Below, piece by piece: positions 56,601 to 63,950 of a stretch of DNA of 64,000 nt. The stretch is taken from assembly GCA_945878405.1 (NCBI GenBank), contig CAMCTJ010000007.1, forward strand, positions 74,779 to 138,778, read 5' to 3'. The translations under genes and the position numbers were made by a program. Origin of the DNA: Bdellovibrio sp. ZAP7 (GTDB taxonomy: Bacteria; Bdellovibrionota; FAC87; UBA2466). The notes beneath the pieces are model-generated. The model ran no database searches, was not told where the DNA came from, and worked only from the letters and a program-made list of their open reading frames with translations. Numbering within the stretch: position 1 is the first letter of the stretch; each line of letters starts with the position of its first letter.

Positions 56601-59299
56601 GCCTCACCATGGGCACGATTGATTCTTGCGTTGTATCGCCTTCGCTCCCCGCAGGATTGTCGTTAAATAGTTCCACTTGCGGTATTTCTGGAACTCCGAC
56701 TTATGGTGGAGGCTCGCAGTCTTATACGATTACTCCTTCGAACTCGGTCGGTACTGGTAATAGTGTCACCGTATCATTGACCATTAACGGTGCGGATGCT
56801 GGCGGCAATTATTACACCGGTGGTTCATTGGCTAGTGGAGTTGTTAATAACGCCGCGGGGCTTTCTGTCGAGTTCAGTAATTCAAATGATTTCACATCAA
56901 ACTTCGCAATCACAACACCAGCTGACGGAACGGCAACTGTCACGAACGGACAACTAGAATTTAGAAACCCAAATCCCGACAGACTTCCTGGTTATCATTT
57001 CAAGAACCCCGTATCTGCTTCGGCTATCGAAATCAAATTTACTCATCCAAGCCTCTATCCAAATTGGCATTGCCCAACTATTGCATTCTCCAATGGACTG
57101 GGTACTTTCACTGTTGCTTATGATCCGAAATATTCGGATGGCGGTTGGTGCGATGCAAACTCAATCAAGACTTCATTTGGCAGCTTCCCCATGGGTCATT
57201 TAGCCGGTGGCCAAGCTCATATCATTAAGCTTGAGGTCAATACACAAACACAAACTGCTACCCTCACGATTGATGGAACCTCACAGACCTATACGAATGC
57301 GATGTTTGCACAAAAACTCACCAACTTTGAACATGTACCAAATTATTCGTGGTACTGCGGCAGTTACACTACTTACATTGATTATGTCAGAGCCTACGAT
57401 TATGGTTGCTACTCAAATGGCTCGGCTGACAGTAGTTTCAACGCAAACGGAACGGGTTTCTGCAGCGGCACTTACTACATCGGTGGAGTAGCCTACGCAG
57501 GATTAGATTCCAACGGAAATGGAACGTCTGGTGGATTGCTTTACTCAAGTGGTTCACTCTTTACCGGAATGTACTCGGATTGGAACTGCTACGTTAATGG
57601 CGCCAATACTGGTGGCGTCGTGAGTGGTACCGGCTGGTGTAGTGCGGATAGTGTTTATTACGTAAGCTACAGCGGAACGAGTCTTCCCTCCAGCGGCACT
57701 GGAAACTACATGGGCAACTATTACAGTAGCGGCACATTGGTAGGCACAACGGCTTCGATATCGATTATGAGTCAGCCGTCCGATCAAACGGCTTCAAGCG
57801 GCAGCGCTACTTTCAGTATTGGTGCAAACATCACGGCTCCCGCTTCACTGAGTTACCAATGGCAGAAACAAGAAAGCGGCACGGGAAGCTTTAGCGATAT
57901 CAGCGGGGCAACGAGTGATTCACTTGTGCTTTCAAATCTGACCTATTCTTCAGATAATGGAGATGTGTATCAAGTCGTGTTGAGCGGAACACAAGGGGCC
58001 TCGAGTATTACCAGTAGCTCTGCAACGTTGAGTGTTCCTGTTTACGCTCCCGATGTACCGACTTCTGTAAGTGGAGCCGCTGGCAATGCCGAAGTGGAAG
58101 TAACGTGGACTGCCCCTAGCAATAATGGTGGAAGCGCGATTACGGATTATGTGATTCAGATTTCATCTGATAGCGGAAGCTCTTGGACAACTTACAGTGA
58201 TAGCGCTTCTACTTCAACGAGTGCTTCAGTAACCGGATTAACCAATGGCACAAGCTATGTCTTCCGAGTTGCCGCAGTAAATATTGGAGGTACAGGAGAT
58301 TTCAGTCTTGCTTCGACTTCAGTCTCTCCGAGTGCCAATGCAGGGGATCCTTATTTCAGTGACGTAAGAGTACTTGTGAACGCGGACGAAAACATTACGA
58401 ATCATGCAAACGGGGGAACGCCCACAGTAACTTTCGTTGGCGGAGCGAATTACTCGACGTCCGACAAGAAGTTTGGATCAGCTTCTGCACAGCTCTCACC
58501 GCAGATAACCCAGTACTGCGATGGTTGGGGTTGTTATGACCAGTTAGTAGTTCCCAATTATTTAAAGATAAACGACACCTCAAGAACGATTCCTGCAAAT
58601 TACACTGCTGAGTTCTGGGTAAAACCCGATTCCGATTGGAGTGGCGAAACCTCAAGAATGTTATATCAAGGGGGCGTGTTTGATCCTGGAGTAAGCGGGC
58701 TTCAGCTTTATCATTACAACGGTCGTCTGTACCTCAGTCTGAATAGCTATAACTATGGCTATTATTCGGGTCAGGGCGACTGGAGTTGCAATCATTCTGG
58801 TTACAACTATGCGGATGTGGGTACTTTGAGCGCGAGTACTTGGCACCACATAGCGATTGTGAGAGAGGGCAATGCACTCAGACTTTATTTCAACGGAAAC
58901 CGAGTCGGTAATTCAACGATTAGCGCCAGCTTCGAATCTTATGATGGCTCTTCGCCTGCCGGTGGATGTACAGCTTCGGGCGCTATCTCTTTGAGTAGTT
59001 GGGGTGAAACAAAGGCGGTCTTCGGCGTGGAGTCGGACTACAGTGATTATGTTTTCAGCAACGTCACCGCTAAGTTTGACGAAATCCGAATCAGCAACAG
59101 AGCTCGTTACTCCAGCGCTACTTATACTGTTCCAACCGCAGCATTCCCAAAAAGTGCAGCGCCTGTCTCTTGCAATAGTGAGACTTATGCGGGAGATACT
59201 TGTAACCAGGTTGGAACCTGTTACAGCCCTACGGGCTGTTCGTGTGGCATTTACAGTACTATCTCCTATGGAGATACCTGCTCCAATCCCGGCCAGTAA
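50621..59299 (+). CDS. Giant secreted multidomain surface protein (2892 aa)
   Basis: Domains in order: signal peptide (MKRFLPFHAVLLFFAVCFASFA), TSP3-like Asp/Cys Ca-binding repeats, MopE-like Cys/Asp repeats, four concanavalin-A/LamG-like modules, a He_PIG-type Ig domain, an Ig-like domain, FN3, and a C-terminal Cys-rich knot. It is a single uninterrupted 8.7-kb ORF, and all large opposite-strand ORFs lie inside it. Domain motifs include 'DNDxDGxTDCxDxDC', 'INPGASExC.D.VDNNCDGQTDE', 'DFTIEAW...WHHVAIVREG..LRLYFNG', 'LPAGLSLNSSTCGISGTP' and the FN3 'VEVTWTAPSNNGGSAITDYVIQ'. Confidence 0.85.
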   Translation: MKRFLPFHAVLLFFAVCFASFAEEKGRLSASDLAPGASDGFVFSNSATPDTQCDEGSGGDCCDGTLQETFAGVTKFTTSYCKGRYAGKASSTRYGIRFDTFHAFRSILNENQLVLVNSNAGCTSGDCCPTGGSKTYNWLLVRARPFDNYSSPMDMSLDTTYVGGTITYDHSQTVKWSGSSKFSLNALDAETKTNSSAYGARLFGTSTCSAGEFKASAVTDFTAANRPLGNYGYWLFGKNVAFYRQVSADPVIAVAFPRPAQSLSSSGVMASKNKQVFTGNYTGFTTRGVQVQRNVMLIPDVAGTTFTISEVADPSNPFSVSTLGTLACTNLDEPSQGFCRGTLTLTAVPGFSGKATCMMAYDIGNRDLVFCSAQNPSADSNHQRALVTIAAVSSHKSVLAMTASPVHLDANTSSGQMCATVENMTSRAVDTLTLTGNLSGDFSAVSLSGSVTAPFSGLTGSVSACGTSLPAFSKCKLCSNVTLTTQKVSAHALTLTFGDTPSSTKSMSDTAVATRGVSNLQYEVGKVTQNKTPSVKAVFANGTTQNIDAIKEKLQCSGVCTSATGTRSLAYTLEGLESAPAVGDVLVSTEEELCYNEEDDDNDGTTDCQDNDCDSERADISHTDILCNYNSERDCADSFDNDRDGNTDCDDGDCALACNVWETACNNSLDDDSDGNTDCADSDCNGQVNADFRYCGLETHSYGGCVLDGVDDDSDGYTDCADPDCYGGYVGWGPYGGTCDSGTETNCSDGYDFDGDGLTDANDPDCVVCLDSDGDTFGDGCSAGSDCDDNFSDASNNCSDNVVLDLRFDTDTSDSSNYHHAVGANGSPAISTSNAKFGGGSANFNGNGDRIDISSSTDFDLEDGDYTIEFWTFVRSVAGSDAARLFTLENNDEAWGIILANDGSNSLYVNHYGIGEGFEVSGALNGKLNQWVHLALVKNGTTRTLYIDGVAGGSTNSRVLPANAAQLSIGGSTIWYPYTQFDGLIDELKITKGYARYTTNFTPPTCASMSESDADSDGICNSADTESCSDSIDNNGNGQTDEECSSCNSSDSSSAICNQTGTCWNQSGCQCGVYDSVSYGQSCTMGGGGSTENCSDSLDNDSDASTDCQDADCDGVSGGSGICHNNSETCSDSFDNNGNGQTDENCYPCMDNDGDGYGYYCAIGEDCDDWANWINPGASEIWNGYDDNCNGQADEGLGNPFDWDGDGWLSYMGDWFDCNDADGSINPGASETCSDSVDNNCDGQTDENCYPCMDYDGDGYGYYCVPGEDCQWNMGEGNSAIHPGAADDQSDGTDNDCDGQIDEDYTVPCTDSDTDGVCSGSDCDDSNAIFSTDCSSNVVLDLHFNSDFSDSSGHNHNGTPNGNAEISSDVAKFGGGSAHFDGSSWLTVTASSALAVGTGDFTLEAWAYPTQVNDFSDLAAVLDTRPYGAGTGLLIWLDSASGKWVGYTSTNGNEDQLVISSPTTATLNAWTHLALVRSGTSLRFFVNGELAGTETLNANWNFTQDTTAPGFVGTAADAPGYFRNFYGYIDSVKITKGAALYTTTFTPATCASMSESDVDSDGICDSADTESCSDSIDNDGDSQTDEECSSCNSSDSSSAICNQTGTCWNQSGCQCGVFDSVSYGQSCTMGGGGSTENCSDSVDNDSDASTDCQDADCDGVSGGSGICHYSSETCSDSFDNNGNGQTDENCNSDVSGGDPYFDDVRVLVHADENITNHANGGTPTVTFVGGANYSTSDKKFGSASAQFSPQITQYCDGWWGCYDQLVVPNYLKINDTSRTIPANYTAEFWVKPDSDWSGAVSRRLYQRGVSDMGMYGIDVYYNNNRIYFSFYNSNYYYDGSGEGGCDQSGSTYGDVGTLSANTWYHVAIVREGSAIRIYFNGNRIGTGTLSANSYTYWGTIPSCTATEAITLSDWGNVNEGFGVSFDYGDNIYDNVTAKFDEIRISNRARYSDTSFTLPTSPYPNTKQAVAPEISISPSSYTLTAGTAMTAIVPSLTMGTIDSCVVSPSLPAGLSLNSSTCGISGTPTYGGGSQSYTITPSNSVGTGNSVTVSLTINGADAGGNYYTGGSLASGVVNNAAGLSVEFSNSNDFTSNFAITTPADGTATVTNGQLEFRNPNPDRLPGYHFKNPVSASAIEIKFTHPSLYPNWHCPTIAFSNGLGTFTVAYDPKYSDGGWCDANSIKTSFGSFPMGHLAGGQAHIIKLEVNTQTQTATLTIDGTSQTYTNAMFAQKLTNFEHVPNYSWYCGSYTTYIDYVRAYDYGCYSNGSADSSFNANGTGFCSGTYYIGGVAYAGLDSNGNGTSGGLLYSSGSLFTGMYSDWNCYVNGANTGGVVSGTGWCSADSVYYVSYSGTSLPSSGTGNYMGNYYSSGTLVGTTASISIMSQPSDQTASSGSATFSIGANITAPASLSYQWQKQESGTGSFSDISGATSDSLVLSNLTYSSDNGDVYQVVLSGTQGASSITSSSATLSVPVYAPDVPTSVSGAAGNAEVEVTWTAPSNNGGSAITDYVIQISSDSGSSWTTYSDSASTSTSASVTGLTNGTSYVFRVAAVNIGGTGDFSLASTSVSPSANAGDPYFSDVRVLVNADENITNHANGGTPTVTFVGGANYSTSDKKFGSASAQLSPQITQYCDGWGCYDQLVVPNYLKINDTSRTIPANYTAEFWVKPDSDWSGETSRMLYQGGVFDPGVSGLQLYHYNGRLYLSLNSYNYGYYSGQGDWSCNHSGYNYADVGTLSASTWHHIAIVREGNALRLYFNGNRVGNSTISASFESYDGSSPAGGCTASGAISLSSWGETKAVFGVESDYSDYVFSNVTAKFDEIRISNRARYSSATYTVPTAAFPKSAAPVSCNSETYAGDTCNQVGTCYSPTGCSCGIYSTISYGDTCSNPGQ
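53581..54061 (+). repeat. Intragenic direct repeat A, copy 1 (~480 bp; second copy at 55211-55690, ~95% identical with >100-bp exact runs)
   Basis: Both copies encode 'TCASMSESD.DSDGIC.SADTESCSDSIDN.G..QTDEECSSCNSSDSSSAICNQTGTCWNQSGCQCGV.DSVSYGQSCTMGGGGSTENCSDS.DNDSDASTDCQDADCDGVSGGSGICH..SETCSDSFDNNGNGQTDENC'. Confidence 0.85.
55211..55690 (+). repeat. Intragenic direct repeat A, copy 2
   Basis: See copy 1. The two copies are about 1.63 kb apart. Confidence 0.85.
55701..56480 (+). repeat. Intragenic direct repeat B, copy 1 (~780 bp LamG-like module; second copy at 58341-59115)
   Basis: The first ~300 bp and last ~60 bp are near-identical between copies: 'GDPYF.DVRVLV.ADENITNHANGGTPTVTFVGGANYSTSDKKFGSASAQ.SPQITQYCDGW' and '..NVTAKFDEIRISNRARYS'. 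The middle is diverged but homologous. A 3-nt indel distinguishes WWG from WG. Confidence 0.8.
58341..59115 (+). repeat. Intragenic direct repeat B, copy 2
   Basis: See copy 1. The two copies are about 2.64 kb apart. Confidence 0.8.
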
Positions 59300-59317
59300 T
59301 TCCGCAAGTACAGATAC

Positions 59318-60805
59318 TCAGTGTGTCCGCGTCCACAAACAAAGATCCTGAGCAAACCCTTCCTTGAGGTAATTGCGTTCCACAGTGCTCAGTTTTGTAA
59401 AAAAGAAGTCATCAATTGCAACGTAGAGGATGTTTTCTTCCTCAAGGCGATTCTTTTCAAACAAGCGACTCTCCTGTGCTCTACTGCCAGACACAGGAAA
59501 CCCGGGGAGAACCTGATCCACTTCATCCATGCTTCGGGGAGACCGCAGCCATTGCGCTTGGGAGTCTTCGTTGAACACATAAGCAGGGCATCGACTAAAC
59601 CAAACGTAAAAGACAGGATCGGTTCTCCTAAGCTTGTATAAGGCTGTGCTCAAAACTTCAATTTGTTCTCTTCTCTTTTGGGTTTCGTTTCTCATTTCTA
59701 AGGGCAGTGCCAAAGCGGTATTGAGGAGTGCTACCGCTAAAAGCCCCCCCAGGACGACGGGTTCAAATTTTCCCCAGGGAATCTCAAGTAGTATCTGAAA
59801 AACAAAAACCACCATCAGGGGGAGAATCAGCAACAGAGCATATTCGTGAATGGGGCTCAGGAGAAACAATCCACAGCTGAGAGCTGCAATTAACAATAAG
59901 TATCTCAGAGGTGTTCGCGTTTTTTTATTGAGGATTGCCGAGACGATACTCCCCACGAAGAGGGCCAGAAACAACAACAAAAGAACAGGGTCGCTCTTCC
60001 AGAGCTTAAAAAACAAGTCGGCAACGACTTCCGTTTTTTCAACCACTCGTTTTGAGATGAGGTTGAGGTTCATCAAGAACATATGATCAATCGCAGCGTA
60101 AAGGGCTCCTTGAATAGCCAGCACAAGCCCGATAATACCCAAAGAGATTATCTCTCCCCAAACCAGTGAAAACCGTCTTTTGATTGGTACCTTAAATCCT
60201 AAAGCCACTTGATCAGCTATTAGGAATCCTAAATTTAAAGGCAAAAACTTAGGGTGAAACCCAAGCGCAAGCCCCAAACACATTCCGGCGAGCAGTCTTT
60301 TTTCCCGAGATAGAAGAAATAGAAAAAGGACACATAAGAAACCAACCGTGATATCCGGGCGTGTCTGAAATGCAGTTCCTTGAACTATCCTGAGACTCAG
60401 AAAGAGGGCCCCGGCCACAGTCCCCTTGGCTATCTTTCGAGAGCCCTGAGTTAACGTCGAAACTGTGATGCCTACCATCATGGCAGTTACTCCTGCCATC
60501 AGAAGGGGAAACAAACGTAAATAAGTCAGGGTTTCAGCAGACTCAACCGCTCCGGGCTTTATCCAGAGCAACAAAGCATTCAGCCACGCAAAGACAGGTC
60601 CGTGGTGTTCAAAAAAGTCTTTGAAAATAATTTTGCCTCTAAAAACATTCCAAGCAATATGCGTGTGCTGGAGGTCGTCCTGGCCAAAAGAATAGGCAAA
60701 GGCTCTCGCTCCCAAGGCATATAAGTGGTACCCGAACACCAAGACAGATCCGAGGATCAAAAGTACTCCCCACCACTCAACCGTTTTTTTCTTTTTAGAA
60801 TCCAT
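59318..60805 (-). CDS. Polytopic membrane glycosyltransferase of the PMT/ArnT (GT39/GT83-like) family (candidate)
   Basis: ORF 59318-60868. Likely start 'MDSKKKK'. About 12 TM helices. The first loop 'YHLYALGARAFAYSFGQDDLQH' resembles the 'LRLYGLG..DE' loop of GT39/83 enzymes. Overlaps the upstream GT2 by 11 nt. Confidence 0.5.
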   Translation of the reverse strand: MDSKKKKTVEWWGVLLILGSVLVFGYHLYALGARAFAYSFGQDDLQHTHIAWNVFRGKIIFKDFFEHHGPVFAWLNALLLWIKPGAVESAETLTYLRLFPLLMAGVTAMMVGITVSTLTQGSRKIAKGTVAGALFLSLRIVQGTAFQTRPDITVGFLCVLFLFLLSREKRLLAGMCLGLALGFHPKFLPLNLGFLIADQVALGFKVPIKRRFSLVWGEIISLGIIGLVLAIQGALYAAIDHMFLMNLNLISKRVVEKTEVVADLFFKLWKSDPVLLLLFLALFVGSIVSAILNKKTRTPLRYLLLIAALSCGLFLLSPIHEYALLLILPLMVVFVFQILLEIPWGKFEPVVLGGLLAVALLNTALALPLEMRNETQKRREQIEVLSTALYKLRRTDPVFYVWFSRCPAYVFNEDSQAQWLRSPRSMDEVDQVLPGFPVSGSRAQESRLFEKNRLEEENILYVAIDDFFFTKLSTVERNYLKEGFAQDLCLWTRTH

Positions 60806-61736
60806 GAGAGGAAAGTCGATAACGAATGTCTTCTGCGAGTTTTCTATTCGCTGCCAGGACTTCAGCAATCAGTGCTAACAATAAAGTGCCAAACCCAAAG
60901 AGTAATAACACGGCAGCTAAGATCAAACTCTGAATATGGCCTGCATTTTCGTCTCCGCTTTGGAGGTAGTAGTACAAAAAGCGCAATCCAAGCACCGTTC
61001 CTAGTACTAAAAAAACGCTCGCAATCGAGCTGAGAAACTTAAACGGTCGGTAGATAAGAAAGATGCGAAAAAGGGTGATGATACTTTGTCTGATGTAGTT
61101 GGGAATGCTTTTAACCAACCGGGAGGGCCGTAACTCACCATTGGTTTGAATAGGCACTGAGGCAATTGCCATGTTCAACTGACCCGCTTGAATGATTGTT
61201 TCTAGAGTATAAGTATAATCATTGTAAACCATGAGGTGACTCGCCATGGTTTTACTAAAAGCCCGAAATCCACTGGGGGCATCTGGAATGTCTGTGCCGC
61301 TCACAACGCGAACCACCCAACTCCCCAGCCTTTGAAGTTTTTTCTTCAGAAACGAGAAGTGGGCGATGTTATCAATGGGTCGAGCCCCCACGACTAAGTC
61401 CGCTTTTCGTTTAATAATTGGTTCTGTTAGCTGAGGGATATAAGAAGCATCATACTGATTATCAGCATCCGTATTTAAAATAACATCCGCGCCTTCTCTT
61501 AAGCAGGCTGAGATGCCCGTCATAAAAGCTCGAGCAAGTCCCTGGTTGCGAATATGGCGTACGACATGATCTACGCCATGCGCTTTAGCAACCGCCGAAG
61601 TACCGTCTGTGCTTCCATCGTCAACTACCAACCACTCAACCGTCTCAAATCCTGGGACCTCTCGCGGAAGTGCAGCCAAAGCTAAGGGCAGACTTTTTTC
61701 TTCATTAAAACAAGGTATTTGAATAATGAGTTTCAA
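60795..61736 (-). CDS. GT2 polyprenol-phosphate sugar synthase (DPM1/ArnC-like) with C-terminal TM helices
   Basis: 'KLIIQIPCFNEEKS', 'VVDDGSTDGT', 'DADNQYD'. Two C-terminal TM helices. A probable TTG start at 61736 avoids the head-to-head overlap of the ATG at 61802 with the methyltransferase gene. Confidence 0.65.
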   Translation of the reverse strand: MKLIIQIPCFNEEKSLPLALAALPREVPGFETVEWLVVDDGSTDGTSAVAKAHGVDHVVRHIRNQGLARAFMTGISACLREGADVILNTDADNQYDASYIPQLTEPIIKRKADLVVGARPIDNIAHFSFLKKKLQRLGSWVVRVVSGTDIPDAPSGFRAFSKTMASHLMVYNDYTYTLETIIQAGQLNMAIASVPIQTNGELRPSRLVKSIPNYIRQSIITLFRIFLIYRPFKFLSSIASVFLVLGTVLGLRFLYYYLQSGDENAGHIQSLILAAVLLLFGFGTLLLALIAEVLAANRKLAEDIRYRLSSHGF

Positions 61737-61766
61737 TGTAAAATAGTTTAGGTCAAAAGAAGAAAT

Positions 61767-62414
61767 ATGAAAATAAAATTGTCGCGCGGCGCCCAGCAAC
61801 AAGGAGTGGTTTTTGGAAATGCCTATCCAAAGTACACTTCAAAAAATCCCCTTGTGAAATGGCTCATGAAGAACTTCGAATCTCATATCGAGGATCTCTT
61901 AAAACAAATTTCTCCTGAGACGATTCATGAAGTCGGCTGCGGGGAAGGGTTTTGGGTTCTTCATTGGAGAAAAAAGGGATTTAAGATCAGAGGCTCGGAT
62001 TTCTCTTCGCTCGTTATCGATATTGCAAAAAAAAATGCTGAGCAAATGGGAGCAGATCCAAACCTGTTCTCTGTTCGCTCTATTGAAGAACTCAATACCA
62101 CAGAGGATAGCGCTGAGTGTATCTTATGCTTAGAAGTGTTAGAGCACTTAGAAAAGCCCCAATTCGCTCTTGAAAAATTAAAGGCCCTTGAAGCTCGGCA
62201 CTACGTTTTCAGTGTGCCTCAAGAGCCGGTGTGGCGAATATTAAATGTTCTTCGAGGCAAGTACCTTACGAGCTTTGGAAATACCCCTGGACATCTCCAA
62301 CACTGGTCTCGCGGTCAATTTGTTAAGTTTATTTCTGAGCATTTCAGAGTAGAAAAAACGGTGGGGCCGTTTCCCTGGACTGTTGTCTTGTGTTCGCCAA
62401 AGTCACAAACCTAA
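61767..62414 (+). CDS. Class I SAM-dependent methyltransferase
   Basis: 215 aa. 'IHEVGCGEGFWVLH' (motif I), 'ILCLEVLEHLEKP' (motif III-like). Confidence 0.6.
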   Translation: MKIKLSRGAQQQGVVFGNAYPKYTSKNPLVKWLMKNFESHIEDLLKQISPETIHEVGCGEGFWVLHWRKKGFKIRGSDFSSLVIDIAKKNAEQMGADPNLFSVRSIEELNTTEDSAECILCLEVLEHLEKPQFALEKLKALEARHYVFSVPQEPVWRILNVLRGKYLTSFGNTPGHLQHWSRGQFVKFISEHFRVEKTVGPFPWTVVLCSPKSQT

Positions 62415-62534
62415 CAGCTATTCGGTGAGAATACGGCTTCTGCCAGGCACCTTCAGGCACCTTCTGAGGGGGTCTAATCCTTGCACCTTTAACCTCCTGT
62501 AACAGGAACCGAAGGCTTGTATTCTGGTGGTGTA

Positions 62535-63596
62535 ATGCACTTAAAGTTCTCCAAAAACAGGGTTTATGTAACTCTCGGAGGCCTTCTTTTATCTTTTGGT
62601 TCCGCAGCCACTTTTGCCTTTGAAAAAGACGACTCCAAGAATATTTCCTCACTCAGTGACCTGATCTCTTTTACTGAACTAACAAAAGATTTAAACCGAC
62701 TCTCCCAATATCAAAAAGTGTCGTTCCAAATTCGAGGACTCGATCAAAAACTGATTTTAGTCGCCCAGCCCCAGTTGCCGCTGAGCCCTCAAGTAAAGAC
62801 TAAATCGAAACAGGCTCTGCTACCTGAGCTCAGCACGGATCCGACGAGAATAAATCCGGTTGATCTGGGAGCGTTTGGATTTGCAGCTACAGCTGCGCCC
62901 AAGGAAGCTCAAAGTTCTGGTTTGTTGCCCATTCCACAAGCCCGTGTGGTTTCTCCGCTGGGGGAACAAGACTCAAATAGTCGAGCTGCTCTGGATGCCC
63001 CTATAAAAACTCAGGAACAAGTCAGTAACCCCGATGTTATCACTGGGCTCACGCCTCAGAACACCCGCTTTGGTAAAGACCGATACGATACAAGTCTCTT
63101 TCCCATTAACCCAGGCTCTGGAAGCAACTTGAGTAATTCAGTGGGGGTTGAGACAAGTAATGGGCAGGCGAACAACTCGCTTCAAGCGGGTCTTCCTTTG
63201 AACCCAGCGCCAGAGGATGAAGAGCAAAAGAAAAACAAAGAACAAGAGGCCAGAGAAAACTTTCAAAAAACCATGAAAGAGTTTGCCGAGAGAACAGAGG
63301 AGAAAGAAGCTTTCCAATTAGTGGATTATTACGATCTTAAAAATGTTCTCGCTAAACACGAATCCATTCTTCCTTCCTTTGAGAACGATGAATTTGACGA
63401 TCGGTTCATTCAAAATGCCCAAACTATTTTTGAGCGCTTTTCCGATAAAGATAATGCAGACGATAAAAAGCCCTTTGAGAGATTTCTGAAACGGATGCAG
63501 CCGTCGGAAGTCATCTTTCGCTCTCAAGACCTAAGAAAGAGCGCATTCCCCAAAGCACAAACAGGGCAAACTCACCGGCAACGCACATCAGAGTAA
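62535..63596 (+). CDS. Secreted hypothetical protein (low complexity, Pro/Ser/Gln-rich N-half, acidic/Lys-rich C-half)
   Basis: ORF 62517-63596. The Met at 62535 gives signal peptide 'MHLKFSKNRVYVTLGGLLLSFGSAATFA'. Confidence 0.35.
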   Translation: MHLKFSKNRVYVTLGGLLLSFGSAATFAFEKDDSKNISSLSDLISFTELTKDLNRLSQYQKVSFQIRGLDQKLILVAQPQLPLSPQVKTKSKQALLPELSTDPTRINPVDLGAFGFAATAAPKEAQSSGLLPIPQARVVSPLGEQDSNSRAALDAPIKTQEQVSNPDVITGLTPQNTRFGKDRYDTSLFPINPGSGSNLSNSVGVETSNGQANNSLQAGLPLNPAPEDEEQKKNKEQEARENFQKTMKEFAERTEEKEAFQLVDYYDLKNVLAKHESILPSFENDEFDDRFIQNAQTIFERFSDKDNADDKKPFERFLKRMQPSEVIFRSQDLRKSAFPKAQTGQTHRQRTSE

Positions 63597-63950
63597 AAAC
63601 ACTAAAGACGCAAAGATGTCTGGTGACGAATAGGCAAAGGGATAAGAAGTAACCAGAACATCATTCTTGTTCTGCCATTGTTTATCCAGGAAAATTCGAA
63701 AAGGCATTGCAAACCGAGCCACAAAAGCAGGTGCGCTATATTCAACCCAAGGACTTGCTGCAAAGATCATGTGTTCAGATCTCAAAAACTTATCTGACAA
63801 TGCATTCACTTCGCTTAATCCTTGTTCTTGAGAAAGATGGTAAGTCCACCCAAACATGAGACCGAGTTTTAAAGAAGTTAGATTTCCCTTGGTCACTACA
63901 TGGCCAACATCAATCGAGGAAGTGATGCGGGTATCCGAGTCGCTTTGCAT
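63588..63950 (-). CDS. Hypothetical protein (gene may extend beyond the window's right edge)
   Basis: 120-aa ORF on the minus strand with aromatic-rich composition. No family recognised. Confidence 0.25.
   Translation of the reverse strand: MQSDSDTRITSSIDVGHVVTKGNLTSLKLGLMFGWTYHLSQEQGLSEVNALSDKFLRSEHMIFAASPWVEYSAPAFVARFAMPFRIFLDKQWQNKNDVLVTSYPFAYSSPDIFASLVFLL

Noticed and set aside
50654-58849. Numerous 60-115-aa ORFs on the minus strand (and in alternative plus-strand frames) inside the giant gene, for example 51179-51496, 53522-53818, 55761-56024 and 58395-58655
   Set aside because: All lie entirely within the 8.7-kb ORF, which has coherent domain structure in its own frame. Several are duplicated only because the underlying DNA is duplicated (repeats A and B). 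They are low-complexity frame artefacts of Ser/Asp/Gly-rich coding sequence.
61767-61802. Head-to-head overlap of the GT2 ATG start (61802) with the methyltransferase start (61767)
   Set aside because: Divergent genes overlapping at their 5' ends is implausible. The GT2 conserved N-terminus begins at LKLIIQ, with a TTG at 61736 that removes the overlap. The ORF-track start for the GT2 is therefore treated as an over-extension.
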